A stretch of DNA of 64,000 nucleotides from Anaerolineae bacterium (GCA_049294015.1 JBAQCH010000033.1:25049-89048), one strand, 5' to 3'. Positions 1 through 10,038 are shown, counted from the stretch's first letter. The notes: generated by a model from the letters alone, not told the origin. Program-made: numbers and translations.

Positions 1-31
1 GGGACCAGACCATCCGGCCGGCGGCGCGCAG

Positions 32-271
32 TCAAGGGTCCGCAGTCTCCCCCCGATCCAGAGCCATGCGCTCCCCCCGGGCGAGATGCCCACCCACATG
101 GCTGGCCAGCGCGTCCAGCGTGTCCGCGTCCACCGCCCGCAATGCCGCCCGCTCCTCCCGGCTCAGCTCGTAGCCAGCCAGCGCCTGGTCCGGGTCGGCG
201 AAGAGCAGCGCGCGGTAGTCGACGGCCAGCGTGCAGCGGCCGAGAATCGCTTCCAACGCCTGTTGTGACAC
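32..271 (-). CDS. small hypothetical protein, LigA-like / Os_1348-type NHLP-clan-like domain (79 aa)
   Basis: ORF track; segment YRALLFADPDQALAGYELSREERAAL resembles small helical LigA/NHLP-related proteins from memory; no maturation genes visible. Confidence 0.4.
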   Translation of the reverse strand: MSQQALEAILGRCTLAVDYRALLFADPDQALAGYELSREERAALRAVDADTLDALASHVGGHLARGERMALDRGETADP

Positions 272-291
272 GCTGGATGCCAGCCGCCTGA

Positions 292-320
292 TTGACTTAA
301 ATCCCCTTTAGTTGTACACT
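292..320 (+). promoter_or_regulatory. candidate sigma70-type promoter for ABC operon
   Basis: TTGACT (292-297), 17-nt spacer, TACACT (315-320), about 130 nt upstream of the ABC ATPase start. Confidence 0.3.
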
Positions 321-451
321 TCACACACGGACAAAACCATCCCCCTGCGCCGGAGTCCCCACCCCCACGCTCAACTTGGGCCGATTTGTCCTCTGGATTA
401 TCCCCGCCAACCCCGGGACGTCATCGCTATTGTGTGCAAAGGAGCGTCTCC

Positions 452-1324
452 ATGAGCGTCATCGAAGTCAGCAAGCTGACCAAGTATTACGGCAAGGCGC
501 GCGGCATCGTCGATGTCTCTTTCGGCGTCGAAGAAGGGGAGATCTTCGGCTTCATTGGCCCCAACGGCGCCGGGAAATCCACCACCATCCGCCTGCTGCT
601 GTCGCTGATCCATCCCAGCAGCGGCAGCGCCACGGTCTTCGGCAAGGATGTGGTCGGCCACGGCCCGGCAATCCGCCGCGATATCGGCTATCTGCCTTCT
701 GAGGTCTATTACTACGAGGGCATGAAGGTCAAGGATTTGCTCAAGTACTCGGCCAGCTTCTTCGATGGCGATCACACGCAGCGCATGCACGAGCTGTCCG
801 AAACCATGGAATTGGACATGAACCGCCGTATTAGCGATCTGTCCTACGGCAACAAGAAGAAGGTCGGCATCGTACAGGGCTTGCTGCACAGCCCGAAACT
901 ACTCTTCCTGGACGAGCCAACCTCCGGCCTCGATCCGCTGATGCAGCGCAAGTTCTTCGACTTGATCCGCGAGGAGAACGCGCGCGGCGTGACCGTCTTC
1001 TTCTCATCGCACATCCTGGGCGAAGTGCAGCGCCTGTGCAACCGGGTGGGCATCATCCGCGAGGGCAGCATCGTAGAGATCTCCGACATCCGCGCCTTGC
1101 AGCAGAACAACTACAAGAAGGTGCGGGTGGCGGCGGAAGGCCTGGCCGCGACCTCCTTTGACCTGCCGGGGGTGACCAACATGCAGGCCGAAAACGGCGC
1201 GCTGCAGTTCTTCTTCAAAGGCGACATCAACGCCGTGCTGCAAAGAATCAGCGGCCTGCAGGTTGCTGATCTGACCATCGAGGAGCCGACGCTGGAAGAG
1301 ATCTTCATGCACTACTACGAGTAG
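452..1324 (+). CDS. ABC transporter ATP-binding protein
   Basis: Walker A GPNGAGKST, signature LSYGNKKK, Walker B LLFLDEP; start moved to ATG 452 preceded by AAAGGAG (438-444). Confidence 0.9.
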   Translation: MSVIEVSKLTKYYGKARGIVDVSFGVEEGEIFGFIGPNGAGKSTTIRLLLSLIHPSSGSATVFGKDVVGHGPAIRRDIGYLPSEVYYYEGMKVKDLLKYSASFFDGDHTQRMHELSETMELDMNRRISDLSYGNKKKVGIVQGLLHSPKLLFLDEPTSGLDPLMQRKFFDLIREENARGVTVFFSSHILGEVQRLCNRVGIIREGSIVEISDIRALQQNNYKKVRVAAEGLAATSFDLPGVTNMQAENGALQFFFKGDINAVLQRISGLQVADLTIEEPTLEEIFMHYYE

Positions 1325-1333
1325 GCCGAGACC

Positions 1334-2143
1334 ATGAACGCAAACATCTACCGACACGAGTTTCGCGCCCGACTGAGATCGGTGCTCATCTGGTCGCTGG
1401 CCCTGACGTTCCTCACCCTCTTCTTCTTCGCCATGTTTCCGGTCTTTGCTGACCAGGCCGCGCTGATGAACGAAATGCTGGCGAAGTTCCCACCCGAACT
1501 GCTGGCTGCCTTCGGCATGGAGAACATGGATCTGGCGACCGTGCTCGGCTTCTTCAGCTTCGTCTTCTTTTTCATCCAGCTTTGTCTGGCGATCCAGGCT
1601 GCCAACTACGGCTTCGGGCTGGTTTCGGTCGAAGAGAGCGAGCTGACGGCGGACTTCCTGCTCAGCAAGCCGGTGAGCCGCACCCAGGTGCTGACCAGCA
1701 AACTGCTAGCCGCTCTGACCTGCCTGCTGCTCACTAACGTGGTCGTGTGGGTTAGCACATTCATTGCCATCACGCTCTTCCGCAAGGGGCGTGGTTACGA
1801 TATGGCCACGCTGCTGCTGCTGCTGGCCAGCCTGCTGATCTTCCAGCTTTTCTTCCTGAGCGTCGGGTTGATCATTTCCCTGCTGGTCAAGCGCGTGCGC
1901 AGCGTGACGCCGTATGCCCTCGGTCTGGCCTTTGGCGCCTACGTCTTGGCTGCGTTCAGCGGCGTGTTTGGCGATGTGGGGTTGGAGCTGCTCACGCCGT
2001 TCAAACACCTGGATGCGACCTTCATCGTCCAGCACAAGGGGTATGATACGCCGTTGGTGCTGCTCAACGTGGCGGTCAGCCTGGTTGCCGTGGCGGCCAG
2101 CTATTGGCTCTACATCCGCCGAGACATTGCGGCGGTTTCGTAA
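1334..2143 (+). CDS. ABC-2 family transporter permease
   Basis: 269-aa multi-TM ORF directly after the ATPase; hydrophobic helices throughout. Confidence 0.8.
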   Translation: MNANIYRHEFRARLRSVLIWSLALTFLTLFFFAMFPVFADQAALMNEMLAKFPPELLAAFGMENMDLATVLGFFSFVFFFIQLCLAIQAANYGFGLVSVEESELTADFLLSKPVSRTQVLTSKLLAALTCLLLTNVVVWVSTFIAITLFRKGRGYDMATLLLLLASLLIFQLFFLSVGLIISLLVKRVRSVTPYALGLAFGAYVLAAFSGVFGDVGLELLTPFKHLDATFIVQHKGYDTPLVLLNVAVSLVAVAASYWLYIRRDIAAVS

Positions 2144-2154
2144 GGAGGCGCCTG

Positions 2155-2949
2155 ATGAACATCTTTTTGCGTGAACTGAGAGCCAACCTCAAGTCGCTGC
2201 TGATCTGGAGCGTCATTATCTCGCTGCTGATCGTGATCGCCGCGGCCAAGTTTTCGGGCTTTGCCGGCGACCCATCGATGCTGGCCATGCTGGATTCGAT
2301 GCCTGCCGCCATGCTGGACGCCTTGAACATGCGCGCCTTCAACCTGACCACGTTGAGCGGTTTCTACGGCCTGATGTTCATCTACTTCGGACTGCTGGGC
2401 GCCATCGCGGCGGCTATGTGGGGCAGCGACATCATCTCCAAGGAGGAGAGGGACAAGACGGTCGAATTCTCGCTGGTGCTGCCGGTAGCCCGCAACCGGG
2501 TCGTCACAGCCAAGGCGCTGGCTGCGCTGGTCAACTGCATCGCCTTTGTGCTGATCACCTGGGCGGTGTCACTGCTGGCGGTGCGTTCGTACAATCCCGA
2601 TCAGGCCTTCTTCAACTTCCTGGCGCTGGAGATGCAGGCCATGTTCGCGATCGAGCTGATCTTCCTGGCCATCGGGCTGCTGCTGGGCTGCGCCATGAAG
2701 CAGTACAAGCGCGCCAGCGCCACCGCCGTGGCCATCATCCTGGTAACTTACTTTCTCTCGATCATCTCCGGTATGCAGGAGAGCATGAACTTTCTCAAGG
2801 TCTTCACGCCCTTCAAGTATTTCGACGCGGGCGAGCTGTTTCGCAGCGGCCAGATGAACAGCACCAACCTGCTGATCTCGGCAGCGATCATCGTGGCCAG
2901 CGTCGCCGCAGCCTATTGGACTTACAACAGGCGTGATCTATACATCTAG
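2155..2949 (+). CDS. ABC-2 family transporter permease (paralog)
   Basis: MNIFLRELRANLKSLLIW start at ATG 2155 behind TAAGGAGG (2141-2148); multi-TM; similar N-terminus to the preceding permease. Confidence 0.8.
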   Translation: MNIFLRELRANLKSLLIWSVIISLLIVIAAAKFSGFAGDPSMLAMLDSMPAAMLDALNMRAFNLTTLSGFYGLMFIYFGLLGAIAAAMWGSDIISKEERDKTVEFSLVLPVARNRVVTAKALAALVNCIAFVLITWAVSLLAVRSYNPDQAFFNFLALEMQAMFAIELIFLAIGLLLGCAMKQYKRASATAVAIILVTYFLSIISGMQESMNFLKVFTPFKYFDAGELFRSGQMNSTNLLISAAIIVASVAAAYWTYNRRDLYI

Positions 2950-3052
2950 AGCATCTGGGGGCACAAACGATGACCAGCCGCCCCTAGCGATCGCCGCCAG
3001 TTTCCTGAGCCCATGCTTGACGAACCCAAGCATCTTGATTATACTGGCGACC

Positions 3053-3556
3053 ATGAAGCAAAATGCATCACTCGATGCCTCTTTCTGGATCAATGCTTAT
3101 AACGCGGACCTCGTCGAGTTCCTTCCCAACTACTTCGTAGTGTTCGTGTGCGATGAGGTCGCCAGTGAGATCACCTATCCGCTAGATGTCCTCAAGATCA
3201 AAGTGGCAGCCAGCCCGCTGCTGTTTCAGGAGTGGTGCAGTTCTGGGCATATCACGCAACAGAACCCAGCAAAGCCCGTTGACTGGTTCCACGTAGGTGA
3301 GAATGCAGCCATTGCGCTGGCAATTGAGCATGGTTACTGGCTCTTGATGGATGACGCCAACCCATACCATATGGCGAAATCCAGAGGGCTTCGGGTGGTG
3401 GGAACATCCGACCTGGCCGTGTTTCTATACGACCAGGAACAGTTGACCTACGAGCAGTGTGTACAGGCATTTGAGCGGTTGCGCTCAAGCAAGCAGCAAC
3501 GGCGTAACGCGCTGATTGTGTTAGAGAAGCTGGCGCGAGCCAAAGGAGAACGTTGA
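3053..3556 (+). CDS. DUF3368-like PIN-fold protein (putative toxin)
   Basis: GENAAIALAIEHGYWLLMDDANPYHMAKSRGLRVVGTSDL matches the DUF3368 pattern from memory; start set at ATG 3053. Confidence 0.55.
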   Translation: MKQNASLDASFWINAYNADLVEFLPNYFVVFVCDEVASEITYPLDVLKIKVAASPLLFQEWCSSGHITQQNPAKPVDWFHVGENAAIALAIEHGYWLLMDDANPYHMAKSRGLRVVGTSDLAVFLYDQEQLTYEQCVQAFERLRSSKQQRRNALIVLEKLARAKGER

Positions 3557-3928
3557 ATGCGTGGTATAGAACTGGTAACGAAATCGGTACGGCTTGAACC
3601 TGAAGAGAACGAGAATCTGCAACACGTCAGCAAGACTACAGGATTGTCCGAAGCATCGTTGATGAAGCGCTTCATCCTTGAAGGTCTTGCGCGTCATCGA
3701 CTTCAGGAAGCCATTGATGCCTATTCGCGCGGTGAAATCGACCTCAGCGCAGCCGCGCGCCACGCGGAAATCAGCGTCTACCAGATGATGACCGAATGCG
3801 AACGGCGTCAGATCACCCCTTCATCTGCGCAAGACAAGCTGTTGGATGGACTTCAGAGTCTGGCTGACACTTTTGGCAGCAGCAACGCCCTGAGGTCTAC
3901 CCTCGCGCAGCTGCGCAAGGGCAACTGA
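3557..3928 (+). CDS. RHH/UPF0175-like putative antitoxin
   Basis: Abuts the previous stop (TGA then ATG at 3557); C-terminal half AIDAYSRGEIDLSAAARHAEISVYQMM resembles UPF0175. Confidence 0.5.
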   Translation: MRGIELVTKSVRLEPEENENLQHVSKTTGLSEASLMKRFILEGLARHRLQEAIDAYSRGEIDLSAAARHAEISVYQMMTECERRQITPSSAQDKLLDGLQSLADTFGSSNALRSTLAQLRKGN

Positions 3929-3975
3929 TCACATGCTAATCGAGTCATTAGCTTGCGGCACAAAGAGGACCCATC

Positions 3976-5262
3976 ATGTCTGAGTTATCTCTCACCAGCC
4001 TCGGCCAACGCGCCAAAGCCGCCAGCCGCGCTCTTGCCAGAGCCTCCACCGCACAGAAAAACGCCGCCCTGCACGCCATCGCCGACGGCCTGGAGCGCAG
4101 TCAGGCGCAGATTCTGGCGGCTAATGCGCTGGACCTGGCCGATGGCCAGGCGGCCGGCCTCTCGCCGGCCCTGCTGGACCGCCTGATGCTGAACGAGCAG
4201 CGGCTGGCCGGCATCGCGGCCGACACGCGCTCGGTCGCGGCCCTGCCCGACCCGGTAGGCCAGGAGTTCGATGGCCGCGTGCTGCCCAACGGCCTGCGCA
4301 TCGTCCGCCGCCGCACCCCGCTGGGCGTGCTGGGCGTGATCTACGAGGCGCGGCCTAACGTGACCATCGACATCGCCGCGCTGAGCCTCAAGACCGGCAA
4401 CGCGGCCATCCTGCGCGGCGGCAAGGAAACCCTGCGCAGCAATCTGGCTATGATCGAAGTGATCGGCGCGGCGCTGGAGGCCAGCGGCCTGCCGGCCGAC
4501 GCCGTGCTCTACATCGAGGACACCGACCGGGCGCTGATCGTGGAACTGCTGCGGCTGGACGCCTACGTCGACATGATCATCCCGCGCGGCGGCGCTGCGC
4601 TGCACAAACTGTGCCGCGAGCAGGCCACGGTGCCGGTGATGACCGGCGGCCTGGGCATCTGCCACCTGTTCGTGGATGACACGGCCGACCAGGCCAAGGC
4701 CGTCGAGATCATCCACAACGCCAAGACGCAGCGCCCCAGCGTCTGCAACGCGCTGGATACGGTGCTGGTGCATCGCGATGTGGCCGTCGAGTTCCTGCCC
4801 ACGATGGCTGCGCGGCTGGCCGGAGATGGTGTGGAGTTGCGCGCGGATCCGACGGCGCTGTTGATTCTGGAGCGAGTGAGCGGACGATTTGGAAAATCGT
4901 CCTACGAGGTGGCGCCGGCCGGGCCGGACGACTTCGACCAGGAATGGATGCGGCTGGTGTTGGGCGTGAAGGTCGTGAGCGGGCTAGACGAGGCCATGGA
5001 TCACATCGCCGCGCACAGTACCAGCCATTCGGACGGCATCCTGACCGAGACCTACGCCAACGCCATGCGCTTCGTCAACGAGGTCGACTCGGCGGCTGTC
5101 TTCGTCAACGCCAGCACCCGCTTCAACGACGGCGGACAGCTTGGGCTGGGCGCCGAGGTGGCCGTCAGCACGCAAAAACTGCACGCACGTGGGCCGATGG
5201 GCCTGCAAGAGCTGACCACGTATAAGTGGGTGGTGTTTGGGGAGGGGCAGGTGAGGGCGTAA
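3976..5262 (+). CDS. proA: glutamate-5-semialdehyde dehydrogenase (gamma-glutamyl phosphate reductase)
   Basis: 428 aa, full-length ProA-like sequence ([13 protein letters not shown]..., [24 protein letters not shown]). Confidence 0.95.
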   Translation: MSELSLTSLGQRAKAASRALARASTAQKNAALHAIADGLERSQAQILAANALDLADGQAAGLSPALLDRLMLNEQRLAGIAADTRSVAALPDPVGQEFDGRVLPNGLRIVRRRTPLGVLGVIYEARPNVTIDIAALSLKTGNAAILRGGKETLRSNLAMIEVIGAALEASGLPADAVLYIEDTDRALIVELLRLDAYVDMIIPRGGAALHKLCREQATVPVMTGGLGICHLFVDDTADQAKAVEIIHNAKTQRPSVCNALDTVLVHRDVAVEFLPTMAARLAGDGVELRADPTALLILERVSGRFGKSSYEVAPAGPDDFDQEWMRLVLGVKVVSGLDEAMDHIAAHSTSHSDGILTETYANAMRFVNEVDSAAVFVNASTRFNDGGQLGLGAEVAVSTQKLHARGPMGLQELTTYKWVVFGEGQVRA

Positions 5263-5345
5263 CCCGTAATCCGTAACTCCTAACTCGTAACCCGGATCAG
5301 TGGACGGCTTTCCGAGATTCCGGGTTACGGGTTACTCGTTACGCC
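5259..5345. repeat. tandem-unit hairpin element, CGTAAC family
   Basis: Left arm gtaacccgtaatccgtaactcctaactcgtaacccgg, right arm ccgggttacgggttactcgttacgcc (inverted). The proA TAA (5260-5262) is the first unit. Confidence 0.85.
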
Positions 5346-5354
5346 TTAGGAACC

Positions 5355-6329
5355 ATGAAACCAACGATCAAACTGATAGCTGCGCTGGGCATGGGGAGCG
5401 CGGCGGCCGCACTCGCCTATGCCCGCTACGTGGAGCGGCTGTGGATCGACGTGCGACGGCTGTGGGTGACGGTGGAGACGTCCGGTCTGCCGCCCGAAGG
5501 TCTGCGCATCCTGCACTTCTCCGATATGCACTTCACCGGTGACGGAACCATCGAGCGGTGGAAGATCGAGCGCACGGTCAAGCTGCTGGCCGGCGAGCCC
5601 ATCGACCTGATGCTGGTCACGGGCGACTTCATCCATGACGATGGCGGCATGGACGCGGCCCTGGAGCTGATCCGCCGCCTGCCGCAGCCGCGGCTGGGCA
5701 CGTTTGCCTGCCTGGGCAACCATGACTACGCCAGCTATGGCTGGTTGGGACCGGCCCGCGTCGCATGGCGCGAGGCCGCGCCCGGCGACGAGCTGCGCGC
5801 GGCCGCCAAACGCACGGCCGAGATAGTCAAGCGCGTCGTCACCAACGACCGGCTTTACCTGGGCGAGCACAACAACGACATGGCGACTTTTCGCGGTTTG
5901 CTGGCCGCCGAGAGCATCCACCTGCTGGACAACAGCAGTTATCGAATCCAAGCGAACGGGGCGGATTTGTGGCTGGCGGGCGTCGACGACCTGATGGAGG
6001 GGCGGCCCGACGCGCCGGCTGCCCTGGCTGACATGCCCACCAATGGCGCGCTGCGCATCCTGCTGGCGCACAACCCTGACCTGATGCTGGACCCGGCCTT
6101 GCAGCAGGTGGACCTGGCGCTGTGCGGCCACGTCCATGGCGGCCAAATCCGCCTGCCGCTGCTGGGCTCACCCCACACCCAGGGCACGCATCTCTCGCGC
6201 CGCCGCTCCTCCGGCTGGTTCCAGTACGGCCGCGCCGCCACCTACATCGGACGCGGCCTGGGCGAGGGCATCCGCCTGCGTTTCAACTGCCGGCCCGAGG
6301 TAGCGCTGATCCACGTGCTGCCTGCCTGA
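5355..6329 (+). CDS. metallophosphoesterase (YaeI-like)
   Basis: Motifs ILHFSDMHF, TGDFIHDD, GNHD, GHVHGGQ. Confidence 0.85.
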   Translation: MKPTIKLIAALGMGSAAAALAYARYVERLWIDVRRLWVTVETSGLPPEGLRILHFSDMHFTGDGTIERWKIERTVKLLAGEPIDLMLVTGDFIHDDGGMDAALELIRRLPQPRLGTFACLGNHDYASYGWLGPARVAWREAAPGDELRAAAKRTAEIVKRVVTNDRLYLGEHNNDMATFRGLLAAESIHLLDNSSYRIQANGADLWLAGVDDLMEGRPDAPAALADMPTNGALRILLAHNPDLMLDPALQQVDLALCGHVHGGQIRLPLLGSPHTQGTHLSRRRSSGWFQYGRAATYIGRGLGEGIRLRFNCRPEVALIHVLPA

Positions 6330-6338
6330 TCCCAAACC

Positions 6339-6989
6339 ATGGACGCCCGCTATCACGTTGAAATCACCCGCAACGCGCTGGCCGGCCAATTCGATGAAGC
6401 GGCGCTAGCTGTCATTGTGCGCGCCAACCTGCGGCAAGACCGGCCCGCTACCCTGGTAGGCCATCCGGAGATCCACTTCGACGCCAGCGCGTTTGCGGCC
6501 GGCGAGGCTTACATCGCTCAGCAGCAGCGGCTGGCCGTGTCTGCATTGGACGACCTGGATGACCGGCCGGCGGCGCTGGCTGCGTTTGGCCGTCTGCTGC
6601 ATGGGCGCCAGGACTTCTACGCCCATTCCAACTGGGCGGCGCTGTGGGTGGCGGCGCACGGCGGGCTGGAGCGCTGCGCGCCGGAGGAGATCCAACCCTG
6701 CCTCGATCCGCTGGCCATCAAGGGGCTGGTGTCTGGCAAGGGCAGCGTGCGGCACTTCGTGGCCTGCCGGGTCCCGCTCTATGGCCGCTGGCACCGGCAG
6801 CATTTGCTGCCAGCCGACGACCATGAGGCGATGAACCTGGACAGCCCCGCCCGCGGGCCGCTGTTTGCTTTCGCCGTAGCGGCCGCGGTCAAGCACAGCC
6901 GGTGGGAACTGGATGCGCTGTTACGGATGTTCGGCCAAGTAAATGTCGAAAACGCAGTGGGGCGTTTCGTAGGCCGAGTAAGCAAGTGA
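6339..6989 (+). CDS. hypothetical protein with Het-C-like HxxQDFYAHSNW motif
   Basis: 216-aa ORF; HPEIHFD and LLHGRQDFYAHSNWA motifs. Confidence 0.5.
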   Translation: MDARYHVEITRNALAGQFDEAALAVIVRANLRQDRPATLVGHPEIHFDASAFAAGEAYIAQQQRLAVSALDDLDDRPAALAAFGRLLHGRQDFYAHSNWAALWVAAHGGLERCAPEEIQPCLDPLAIKGLVSGKGSVRHFVACRVPLYGRWHRQHLLPADDHEAMNLDSPARGPLFAFAVAAAVKHSRWELDALLRMFGQVNVENAVGRFVGRVSK

Positions 6990-7087
6990 GTGGAAGCTGT
7001 TTGGCAACGGCGCTGTAGCCCCCAGTTCAGGCCAGCGATTTGACTACAATCGCGCAAGAACTACAATAGCCTCAAAAGAAGGTCACG

Positions 7088-7195
7088 ATGCCAACTATTT
7101 CCTTGTTCTATGGTATCAAGATCACCATGTGGCTGGATAACTGGCAGCGTGCCCAAAACCGTCAACCGTTGAACTGGATTGAACCGCTGAGGTGA
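7088..7195 (+). pseudogene. internally collapsed DUF4160 gene (35 codons)
   Basis: Translates MPTISLFYGIKITMWLDNWQRAQNRQPLNWIEPLR. This is the DUF4160 N-terminus joined in frame to the DUF4160 C-terminal end; the middle of the family is missing. Confidence 0.55.
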
Positions 7196-7554
7196 TCAAG
7201 ATGTTGCTGCACGTGATTCAAGCAGACTATCTGGGTGACTACAAGCTGAGGTTGAAGTTCAATAACGGCGCGCAAGGCATTGTTGATCTGGAACTGGAGC
7301 AATATGGTGAGGTCTTTGAGCCATTACGAGATAAAGAGGTTTTCAGGCAGTTCACCCTCACTGGCCGTACAGTCGAATGGCCAACTGGCGCCGATTTCGC
7401 TCCTGAGTTTCTGCTCCAAGCCGCAGGATTAACCTCAAAACGCCCTGCCTCCTTGTACCGAACACCGACCACACAGCGTGTTGCCCCTGTGGCAACCTTG
7501 CACGAATCACCAGAGCCTTACGAGACCGTCTCGCCTGAAACGGAGGAATCATGA
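7192..7554 (+). CDS. DUF2442 domain protein with C-terminal extension
   Basis: VIQADYLGDYKLRLKFNNGAQGIVDL...TVEWPTGADFAPEFL is DUF2442-like; the real start may be ATG 7201. Confidence 0.7.
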   Translation: MIKMLLHVIQADYLGDYKLRLKFNNGAQGIVDLELEQYGEVFEPLRDKEVFRQFTLTGRTVEWPTGADFAPEFLLQAAGLTSKRPASLYRTPTTQRVAPVATLHESPEPYETVSPETEES

Positions 7555-7951
7555 ACCGTCCCCTGGGTGTCACCATCATCGCCATCCTGTCCTTCATCAA
7601 CGGCCTGCTGGGCCTGTGCGTGCCCGGCCTGGTCATCATCGGCGGCGGCATCAGCGCGCTGTTCAGCGGCGGGCTGGGGCTGATCGTCGTCTGCGGCGGG
7701 CTGCTGCTGGCGGCCGGACCATTGGCGTGGCTGCTCGTCTCCTACGGGTGCGTGGCGCCTACGGCGTGCGGCCATGGGCCTGGTGGGCCGGCATGGCGGC
7801 CACCGCCATCACCGTGGTCGGCGTGGTGGTCAATATCATCAACGGCGTGGGCATCCTGCAGGCCATGGCCAGCGCACCCCTCTCCATCGTCATCTTCATC
7901 TACCTGCTGCTGCCAGATATCAGGCGCGTATTTCGAGTCGGCAACGCGTGA
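7551..7951 (+). pseudogene. small membrane protein, apparent frameshift
   Basis: The N-terminal TM half reads in the frame of ORF 7551. The clean C-terminal TM half (WAWWAGMAATAITVVGVVVNIING...IFIYLLLPDIRRVF) reads in the frame of ORF 7478. The switch lies near 7730-7760. Confidence 0.5.
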
Positions 7952-8023
7952 TCTGTGATGACGGCCTGTTGATTGTACCATCTCAACTGGCCAGGTTGTC
8001 ATAGCCAGCGAGCGCGCTTTAGC

Positions 8024-8051
8024 TTGACAGCGCTTGCCTTCTGGTTAGAAT
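8024..8051 (+). promoter_or_regulatory. candidate promoter
   Basis: TTGACA (8024-8029), 16-nt spacer, TAGAAT (8046-8051), 40 nt upstream of ATG 8091. Confidence 0.35.
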
Positions 8052-8090
8052 CGAGGTCGTATTGATCCCACTGAACGAGGATATTCGACG

Positions 8091-8465
8091 ATGACAAGCG
8101 TAGCGATCATGCCAGTAACCAAATCCGGTGGTGAAGTCCGTTTCTATGCGCTGGCGGGTGACAAGAATTCGCACGGTAGAACACCGGGAGCGGCCTTGGA
8201 TGCGCTTACCGATCAAATGGCGGAGGAGGATCTGAACACCCTAATCATAGTTCAGAACTTCCGATCCGATCGTTTCTTCGACGCCAGGCAGCGTCAGCGG
8301 CTGACAGAGTTGATGGACAGTTGGCGAGAGGCACGAGATGCCGGCATCGGGTTACCTCGATCGACGCAGGCTGAACTTGACGCGTTAATCGAAGCGGAGC
8401 TGCGCGCTTCGGCCGATCGAACTGCGGCTCTCTTGGCAGAGTTGCGCCATGAACCCGCACTATGA
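8091..8465 (+). CDS. hypothetical protein, partner of HNH nuclease
   Basis: 124-aa ORF overlapping the next gene by 17 nt; no recognisable catalytic motif. Confidence 0.6.
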   Translation: MTSVAIMPVTKSGGEVRFYALAGDKNSHGRTPGAALDALTDQMAEEDLNTLIIVQNFRSDRFFDARQRQRLTELMDSWREARDAGIGLPRSTQAELDALIEAELRASADRTAALLAELRHEPAL

Positions 8466-8850
8466 AGATGTCGCCCAACGAGCGGGACATCGCTGCGAGT
8501 ACTGCCGCGCCCCAGAGGCATTGTTCAACTTCCCGTTTGAGGTGGAGCACATCGTTCCAGTAGCCAGCGGCGGCGGCAACAACCTCGACAACCTGGCCCT
8601 GGCTTGCCGCGCGTGCAATGTCCGCAAGGGGCCGCATCTTGAGGCGTTAGATCCGCCTACAGGCGCAGCAACCCGCCTCTTCCATCCTCGTCTTGACTTG
8701 TGGGGAGACCATTTCCGTCATTCGCCGAACAACAACACGGTAGAAGGTCTGACTGACATCGGTCGCGCGACCGTGGTGCGACTCGAGATGAACCACACCG
8801 TGCATTGCACGGCGCGCAAGCTGTGGACTCGCATTGGTCTCTACCCTTGA
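8449..8850 (+). CDS. HNH endonuclease
   Basis: CEYCRAP...EVEHIVPVASGGGNNLDNLALACRACNVRKG is an HNH motif. Confidence 0.8.
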   Translation: MNPHYEDVAQRAGHRCEYCRAPEALFNFPFEVEHIVPVASGGGNNLDNLALACRACNVRKGPHLEALDPPTGAATRLFHPRLDLWGDHFRHSPNNNTVEGLTDIGRATVVRLEMNHTVHCTARKLWTRIGLYP

Positions 8851-8968
8851 GAATGTGGCTGGTTTTGAGGGATGCGTGGACAGATTAGACGCCCATGCGC
8901 TGGGCGCACAACCGTGGATGAAAGTGGCGGGCTCGGTCAGGAGACCGGCCCGAGCGGCTATTTTCAAG

Positions 8969-9739
8969 TCAGCCCAGCGGCAATGCGCCCAGCGTAATTC
9001 CCCCATCCACCACCAACACACTGCCCGTCGTGAAGCTGGACGCGTCCGAGGCCAGATAGAGCGCTGCGCCGGTCAGTTCGTCTGGCTCGGCAATACGGCC
9101 AGCCGGGGTCAGCTTCTCGATCCCGCGGCTCAGCGCGGGGTTGGTCCAGAGCGCAGCCGAGAACTTGGTCTTGATGAAGCCGGGGGCAATGGCGTTGACC
9201 TGAATGTTGGCCGGGGCCAGCTCAGCCGCCAGCGCCTTGGTCAACATGATGACCGCCGCTTTGCTGACGCTGTAGACGCCCATCATGGGCCCAGGATTGA
9301 TGCCGGCAATGCTGGCCATGTTGATGATCTTGCCGGCGCCTTGAGCCTGCATGGCCGGCGCCACTGCTTTGACCATGAAGAAATAGCCCTTGACGTTGAC
9401 CTCGAAGATCTTGTCGAAGTGGCTGGCCTCGGCCGTCAGCAGCGGGCCGAAGTGGGGATTGGCCGCCGCGTTGTTGACCAGGATATCGACGCGGCCGAAC
9501 TCGGCCAACGCGGCCTGCACCACCGCCTCGGCCGCCCTCTCGTCGCCCGCGTGCGCGGCGATAGCGATGGCGCGGCCGCCGGCTCCCCGGATAGCCTCAG
9601 CCACCGGGCCGACGTTCTCGATCTTGCGGCTGGTCAACACGACGGCGGCGCCAGCTTGCGCGTAGGCCGCGGCGATAGACTCACCGATGCCGCGCGACGC
9701 GCCGGTGATGATGGCAACCTTGTTGGCTAGTTGGAGCAT
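8969..9739 (-). CDS. SDR family oxidoreductase
   Basis: TGASRGIG cofactor motif, NNAA, YSVSK catalytic motif; 256 aa. Confidence 0.9.
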   Translation of the reverse strand: MLQLANKVAIITGASRGIGESIAAAYAQAGAAVVLTSRKIENVGPVAEAIRGAGGRAIAIAAHAGDERAAEAVVQAALAEFGRVDILVNNAAANPHFGPLLTAEASHFDKIFEVNVKGYFFMVKAVAPAMQAQGAGKIINMASIAGINPGPMMGVYSVSKAAVIMLTKALAAELAPANIQVNAIAPGFIKTKFSAALWTNPALSRGIEKLTPAGRIAEPDELTGAALYLASDASSFTTGSVLVVDGGITLGALPLG

Positions 9740-10008
9740 AAAACCCTCTCGCAGGCGGGACAGCAGTCATCCTCCAGCAGATAATCGGTCAGCAAGCACC
9801 GATGGCGACAGACGCAGAAGCGCCCGCTCAACGATTGGGGGGGAATATCGTCGAACGGGCACCGGCAACCCTATTATAACAGAAGCGGCGGAAAAATTCA
9901 AGCCCCAATTTGGGTAAATTTGATACGAATTCAGTGGGGTTTGTTCAAGATGGGTTGATATACCCTTCGGGTTTCTGCCGGCCGGCGCAGCGTCGCGCCG
10001 CCTGACAG

Positions 10009-10038
10009 TTGACCGCGCCGCGTCTGCGGTGCTATAAT
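10009..10038 (+). promoter_or_regulatory. candidate promoter of glycosyltransferase operon
   Basis: TTGACC (10009-10014), 18-nt spacer, TATAAT (10033-10038). Confidence 0.4.
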
